A stretch of DNA of 64,000 bases, taken from assembly GCA_902496015.1 (NCBI GenBank), contig CABUZJ010000003.1, positions 82,402 to 146,401 on the forward strand. The letters are read 5' to 3'. Below, one piece after another: positions 60,471-64,000 of this stretch; the stretch's first letter is position 1; the number at the start of each line of letters is the position of its first letter. The DNA is from an uncultured Eubacteriales bacterium. GTDB lineage: Bacteria > Bacillota > Clostridia > Christensenellales > UBA1242. The translations under genes were made by a program, and so were the position numbers. Below the pieces are notes generated by a model. The model was not told where the DNA came from, ran no database searches, and saw nothing but the letters and a program-made list of their open reading frames with translations.

Positions 60471-60898
60471 TACACACCTAACTTTGCAAGTTCACTCATT
60501 GTTTGGTCAAAATCTGCATCACTATTATACTCATTCCAAACTTCTTCAGCCCAAATTTCCATTCTGTTGCCAACACCAATAAAAACTATTTGTTTTTTTA
60601 TTTGAGCATATTCTCTTAATTCTTGCGGTAATAGAATTCTCCCTTGATTATCTTCATCTGCTTGAAATGCAGAAGACATTAGTAATCTTAATGGTTTTTG
60701 CACATTGCTATCAAACATTGAAAGATTTTTCGCTTTATCAATAATATCTTCTTGTAAAGTAGTGCGACAAAAGGCAAACAAACATCCCCCGTTCCCTTTA
60801 GTTACAATAAATCCAGCACCAAGAGCATCTTTAAACTTAGAAGGAACACGCATTCGTTTTTTTTCATCTAGGCTATATCTATAAGTTCCAATAAGCAT
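60470..60898 (-). CDS. mraZ: Transcriptional regulator MraZ
   Basis: 142 aa. Duplicated SpoVT/AbrB-like halves with DEKKRMRVP and DNQGRILLP motifs. Confidence 0.95.
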   Translation of the reverse strand: MLIGTYRYSLDEKKRMRVPSKFKDALGAGFIVTKGNGGCLFAFCRTTLQEDIIDKAKNLSMFDSNVQKPLRLLMSSAFQADEDNQGRILLPQELREYAQIKKQIVFIGVGNRMEIWAEEVWNEYNSDADFDQTMSELAKLGV

Positions 60899-60931
60899 AA
60901 GCCGACACTACTCCTTTTTAATTACAACCAA

Positions 60932-60960
60932 ATTATATCTAAGTTAAAAAATTAAATCAA
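60932..60960 (-). promoter_or_regulatory. Proximal sigma-A-type promoter of the mraZ (dcw) operon
   Basis: On the minus strand: TTGATT (60960-60955), 17-nt spacer, TATAAT (60937-60932), followed by a ~33-nt leader containing AAGGAG. Confidence 0.6.
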
Positions 60961-60980
60961 CCACTTTTAACCACTTTTTT
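60961..60980 (-). promoter_or_regulatory. Putative MraZ operator: two direct GTGG boxes at 10-bp spacing abutting the -35
   Basis: On the minus strand: AAGTGGTTAAAAGTGGTTGATT, which appears as CCAC at 60961-60964 and 60971-60974 on the plus strand. Confidence 0.5.
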
Positions 60981-61076
60981 AACAAAATTATTAACAGGTG
61001 TTGATAACTGTTTCACTTTACCCCATTTAACCATAGATTTTATCTAAGGTTCAATAATTTTTTAAAAGTGGTCAAA

Positions 61077-61130
61077 ATTTTAAAATAAGTTATGAATTTG
61101 TGCAAATTGTCCACTTTTGTCCACTTAAAA
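61077..61130 (-). promoter_or_regulatory. Distal promoter candidate with a second pair of GTGG (MraZ-type) boxes
   Basis: On the minus strand: AAGTGGACAAAAGTGGACAAT (boxes at 61111-61114 and 61121-61124), then TTGCAC (61105-61100), 17-nt spacer, TAAAAT (61082-61077). An inverted AAAAGTGG copy lies at 61064-61071. Confidence 0.4.
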
Positions 61131-61368
61131 TTATGTAAAATTTTGTAAAACTTTGTTCAATTTTGCTTACAAAATTTCATAAGCAAAATTCGACAATTAT
61201 TAATAATTTAATTTTTAATTGATTTTTAATTGATATAACTTTAATAAAAATTTCTTGACTTATTTGAATTAAATAATTGACCTTGTGTTTATAAGATTAT
61301 TTAAGATTAACAATCTTGCAATAATAAAAACAAATAATATAAATTTAAAAATATGATTTTTACATTTG

Positions 61369-61400
61369 AATAAAATAAAAAAATCACCTAATTAGGTGAT
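61369..61400 (-). terminator. Rho-independent terminator of the metallophosphoesterase gene
   Basis: Perfect palindrome ATCACCTAATTAGGTGAT (61383-61400). On the minus strand it is followed by TTTTTTTATTTTA. Confidence 0.75.
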
Positions 61401-61414
61401 TAAAATTTATTAAA

Positions 61415-62116
61415 TTAGATTTTTATTTCTACGGGGTCATGATTAATTTGGTCGGTTGAAGTTAAATAATATTTTACTCCATTTTTAACAAACATCTTTT
61501 CCATTCTAGCATCTTTGCCATGCAAATGCCCAAACACCACAGCATTAACTTTATATTTTTCAAAAAGTGCTGTAAATTCGTTATCATCATGTCTCGAATT
61601 AAATGGTGGAAAATGAAACATACATACCACTTTATCGCCTTCTTTCCTTTTCTTTTCCATATCTTTTAAAGTAAGTTCTAGTCTAATCACTTCTCTAGCA
61701 TAAATTTTTTCGTCTTCCTTGGTGTAAGGTTTATTTATTTCTCTACTAGCCCAACCCCTTGTTCCACAAATAATAACATTTTCAATTTTATAACTATCGT
61801 TCTGCAAAGCAATGACACTTTTGGGCAAAATTTCTCTTACCTTTTTCAAAGACGACCACCATAATTCATGATTTCCCTTAATTATAATTTTAGTGCCATT
61901 CAAAGTTCCCAAAAAATTTAAATCTGCAACTGCATCTTCAAGTTTTAATGCCCAACTAATATCGCCTGCCACCAAAACTAAATCATCTTCTTTAATCTTT
62001 TTCTGCCAATTCTCTTTAATCTTATCTATATAATTTTGCCAACCATCACCAAAAATGTCCATCGGCTTATTAGATGTAAATGCAAAATGTGGGTCACTTA
62101 ATGCCCAAATTTTCAT
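61415..62116 (-). CDS. Metallophosphoesterase (calcineurin-like, YfcE/MJ0936-like)
   Basis: SDPHF, GDISW, GNHELWW and GHLHG metal-binding blocks. 233 aa. Confidence 0.8.
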   Translation of the reverse strand: MKIWALSDPHFAFTSNKPMDIFGDGWQNYIDKIKENWQKKIKEDDLVLVAGDISWALKLEDAVADLNFLGTLNGTKIIIKGNHELWWSSLKKVREILPKSVIALQNDSYKIENVIICGTRGWASREINKPYTKEDEKIYAREVIRLELTLKDMEKKRKEGDKVVCMFHFPPFNSRHDDNEFTALFEKYKVNAVVFGHLHGKDARMEKMFVKNGVKYYLTSTDQINHDPVEIKI

Positions 62117-62127
62117 AATTTTCTCCT

Positions 62128-62718
62128 TTAACTAATATTCAAAATTTGTTCTAATCTATTTAAAACTTCATCAATACCATAGCCAGTTTGAGCACTTGTA
62201 ACTATAATATTATCTATTCCAATTTTAAGTGTACTTGCAATTTCTTTTATACATTTTTGCTTTTCACTTTTTTTTATTTTATCAAACTTTGTTGCAATTA
62301 TTGAAACTGGAATATTATAATGCACTAACCATTCAAGCATCTGTTCATCTTTTATAGTGGGTTTGTGTCGAATATCTAAAAGCATTATAACCGACTTTAA
62401 ATTGTTGCTAAAATGTAAATAATCTTCAATCATCTTTGCCCATTTTTGTTGTTCTTCAATGCTAGCCTTTGCATAACCATAACCAGGTAAATCAACCAAC
62501 ACAAATTTATCGTCAACACTAAACAAATTAATAAGACGTGTTCGACCTGGCATTGAAGATGTTTTTGCTAGTTTTTTATTCCCTGCAAGCATGTTAATAA
62601 AACTAGATTTACCAACATTGCTTCTTCCAACTATTGCTATTTCATCTAGTTTGTTTGATTCGTTATATTGATTGATGTTAGAAATTGATTTAATAAATTT
62701 TATATTTTTAATCTTCAT
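62128..62718 (-). CDS. engB: Ribosome biogenesis GTP-binding protein EngB (YsxC/YihA)
   Basis: GRSNVGKSSFIN, DLPGYGYA and TKFDK motifs. 196 aa. Confidence 0.93.
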   Translation of the reverse strand: MKIKNIKFIKSISNINQYNESNKLDEIAIVGRSNVGKSSFINMLAGNKKLAKTSSMPGRTRLINLFSVDDKFVLVDLPGYGYAKASIEEQQKWAKMIEDYLHFSNNLKSVIMLLDIRHKPTIKDEQMLEWLVHYNIPVSIIATKFDKIKKSEKQKCIKEIASTLKIGIDNIIVTSAQTGYGIDEVLNRLEQILNIS

Positions 62719-62809
62719 TTTTATAATCTCTTTATATTTTTTTGCAAAACTGCTTTGTTTTTTATAAATTATATCAATTTTTTATTAAAAACCATAAAAA
62801 TTGCATTTT

Positions 62810-63787
62810 TTATTTATCTTTTTTAATAATATTTTCAACATCTTTTAAAATTGTAAAGGCACTAATATCATAACCATGCCCACCACTGGTATGAGTTAAA
62901 TAGCTTTCAGTCCCAACTGTGTAGCAAATTTCATCTTTAATTGCAATAGGTTTTACTAATGTTTTAAGATTATGAGTTGCCACAACTTCACAAATTATGC
63001 TTGCTAACCCACCGATAACAGAGTGCTCTTCAATTGTATAAACCAAGTTAAACTTACTTAAATTTTTAACTATTTCTGTTTCATTTATGGGTTTTAATTG
63101 TGGCATGCTGAAAACAGCCACTTTTAATCCATAGCGAACTTTAATCATAGAACTTGCGATAATTGCTTCTTGTAAACTTTTACCCGTTGCAATAATTGCA
63201 AAGTCTGTTCCAGGCACAACTTTTGCAAATGCTTGAGGTTTAAAATCAACTTTAATGCTATAAGTTTTTTTCTGTATGCCCGATGTCCATTCAATTTGAT
63301 TATCTATTCCCTTTTTATTTAGCCTTAAATAACAAGGCGTTTTAGAATTTAACATTTCAGTTACGCAATATTCACATTCTGCCTTTGTTGCTGGTGAATA
63401 AACACTCATGTTAGGCATTGCTCTCATGCATGCAATATCTTCTGTTGCGTGGTGGGTAAACCCTAATGGTCCATATTCTAAACCTGCACCAACTGAAACA
63501 ATTTTTATATCTGCATTATTGTAACAAACTAAATTTCTAATAAATTCTAAAACTCTTAAAGTATTAAAATTACCAATAGAGTAAATTATTACTTGTTTCC
63601 CCGACAATGCTAAGCCCGTTGCAACTGCAATCATGTTTTGTTCTGCAATTCCACAATTTATATATCTATCAGGAAATTGAGTTTCAAATGGTTCTAATGC
63701 GCCTGCGCCTAAATCACCAGTTAAAAGCATTACATTTTTATTCTTTTTCGCATGCTCTATTAAAAGATTAACAAATGTAGTTCTCAT
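62810..63787 (-). CDS. Transketolase, C-terminal subunit (pyrimidine-binding plus C-terminal domains)
   Basis: 325 aa. CGIAEQNMIAVATGLALSG and HHATEDIACMRAMPNM blocks. Its start overlaps the stop of the upstream N-terminal subunit gene (TAATG). Confidence 0.88.
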   Translation of the reverse strand: MRTTFVNLLIEHAKKNKNVMLLTGDLGAGALEPFETQFPDRYINCGIAEQNMIAVATGLALSGKQVIIYSIGNFNTLRVLEFIRNLVCYNNADIKIVSVGAGLEYGPLGFTHHATEDIACMRAMPNMSVYSPATKAECEYCVTEMLNSKTPCYLRLNKKGIDNQIEWTSGIQKKTYSIKVDFKPQAFAKVVPGTDFAIIATGKSLQEAIIASSMIKVRYGLKVAVFSMPQLKPINETEIVKNLSKFNLVYTIEEHSVIGGLASIICEVVATHNLKTLVKPIAIKDEICYTVGTESYLTHTSGGHGYDISAFTILKDVENIIKKDK

Positions 63788-64000
63788 TATCTTTTCCCCT
63801 CTATTTCTGCAAGAACCTTATTAAGTTCCAATTCACTTACATATTTTGAATGATAGGCATTATTATTTTCCATCATTGCCACACCTTTGCCCTTAATTGT
63901 ATTACAAATTACAAGCAATGGCTTATCTTTAGGTTTAATATTTAGTGCTAATTTAATTTGTTTATGGTTATGCCCATCAATTTCTTCAACTTCACAACCA
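63787..64000 (-). CDS. Transketolase, N-terminal (TPP-binding) subunit, 3' end only (gene runs off the right edge)
   Basis: Own translation of the minus strand: ...GCEVEEIDGHNHKQIKLALNIKPKDKPLLVICNTIKGKGVAMMENNNAYHSKYVSELELNKVLAEIEGKR*. This is the typical C-terminus of split-transketolase subunit A. Confidence 0.75.
   Translation of the reverse strand, partial: GCEVEEIDGHNHKQIKLALNIKPKDKPLLVICNTIKGKGVAMMENNNAYHSKYVSELELNKVLAEIEGKR

Noticed and set aside
61162-61187. Hairpin TTGCTTA-caaaatttca-TAAGCAA upstream of mraZ considered as a terminator or riboswitch element
   Set aside because: It is only a 7-bp AT-rich stem with a 10-nt loop and no following T-run on either strand. The real terminator of the upstream gene is the palindrome at 61383-61400.

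Overview
This is a 64-kb, visibly AT-rich (roughly 30% G+C by eye, not computed) chromosomal segment from a low-GC, endospore-forming Firmicute, probably Clostridia-like. It uses the standard bacterial code, with TGA as a stop (e.g. murD). I call 60 protein-coding genes. Two are small ORFs absent from the ORF track (spoVM-like, 31 aa; yjzC-like, 58 aa) and two are truncated at the window edges (hslU, transketolase N-subunit). There are 8 tRNA genes and no rRNA, CRISPR, transposase, integrase or phage genes. Most genes are on the minus strand, tightly packed and often overlapping. From left to right the content is: hslU'-trmFO-topA-dprA-comM; an acyltransferase; yloV-asp23; rpmB; a hypothetical gene; spoVM; an ankyrin-repeat protein; rpe-rsgA-rlmN-fmt-def-priA; rpoZ; ligA-pcrA; a small accessory islet (hypothetical, yjzC-like, GIY-YIG endonuclease plus N6-adenine methyltransferase); the 8-gene tRNA cluster; hypothetical / M16 peptidase / GH18 hydrolase; spoIVA; SHOCT protein-plsY-der; spoIIP plus a membrane protein; rluD-like-feoB-feoA; nrdR; ylmC; sigG (inverted); a 2-gene glycosyltransferase cassette; sigE-spoIIGA-ftsZ-ftsA-ftsQ-murA-ftsW-murD-mraY-murE-PBP-ftsL-like-rsmH-mraZ; a metallophosphoesterase; engB; and a split transketolase. 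The window is dominated by core housekeeping, division and sporulation genes, and I see no clear multi-gene novel defence or mobile system. The most interesting observations are: (1) a 599-aa cytoplasmic protein built from about 14 near-identical 34-residue ankyrin-like repeats, inserted into the conserved rpe-spoVM-rpmB block; (2) a GIY-YIG (Lys-variant) endonuclease and gamma-class m6A methyltransferase pair next to the tRNA cluster; (3) a recurring ATGAATAAAAA...CAAACTA forespore-type (sigma-F/G-like) promoter motif in front of sigG, the spoIIP operon and a membrane-anchored GH18 hydrolase; (4) inversion of sigG and insertion of a glycosyltransferase cassette between sigE and sigG; (5) two GTGG-N6-GTGG MraZ-box pairs, each abutting a promoter upstream of mraZ; (6) a tRNA-Gly(UCC) with a non-canonical T-loop; and (7) conspicuous gene loss from otherwise conserved Firmicute syntenic blocks. 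All family assignments rest on motif recognition from memory, since no database search was possible.
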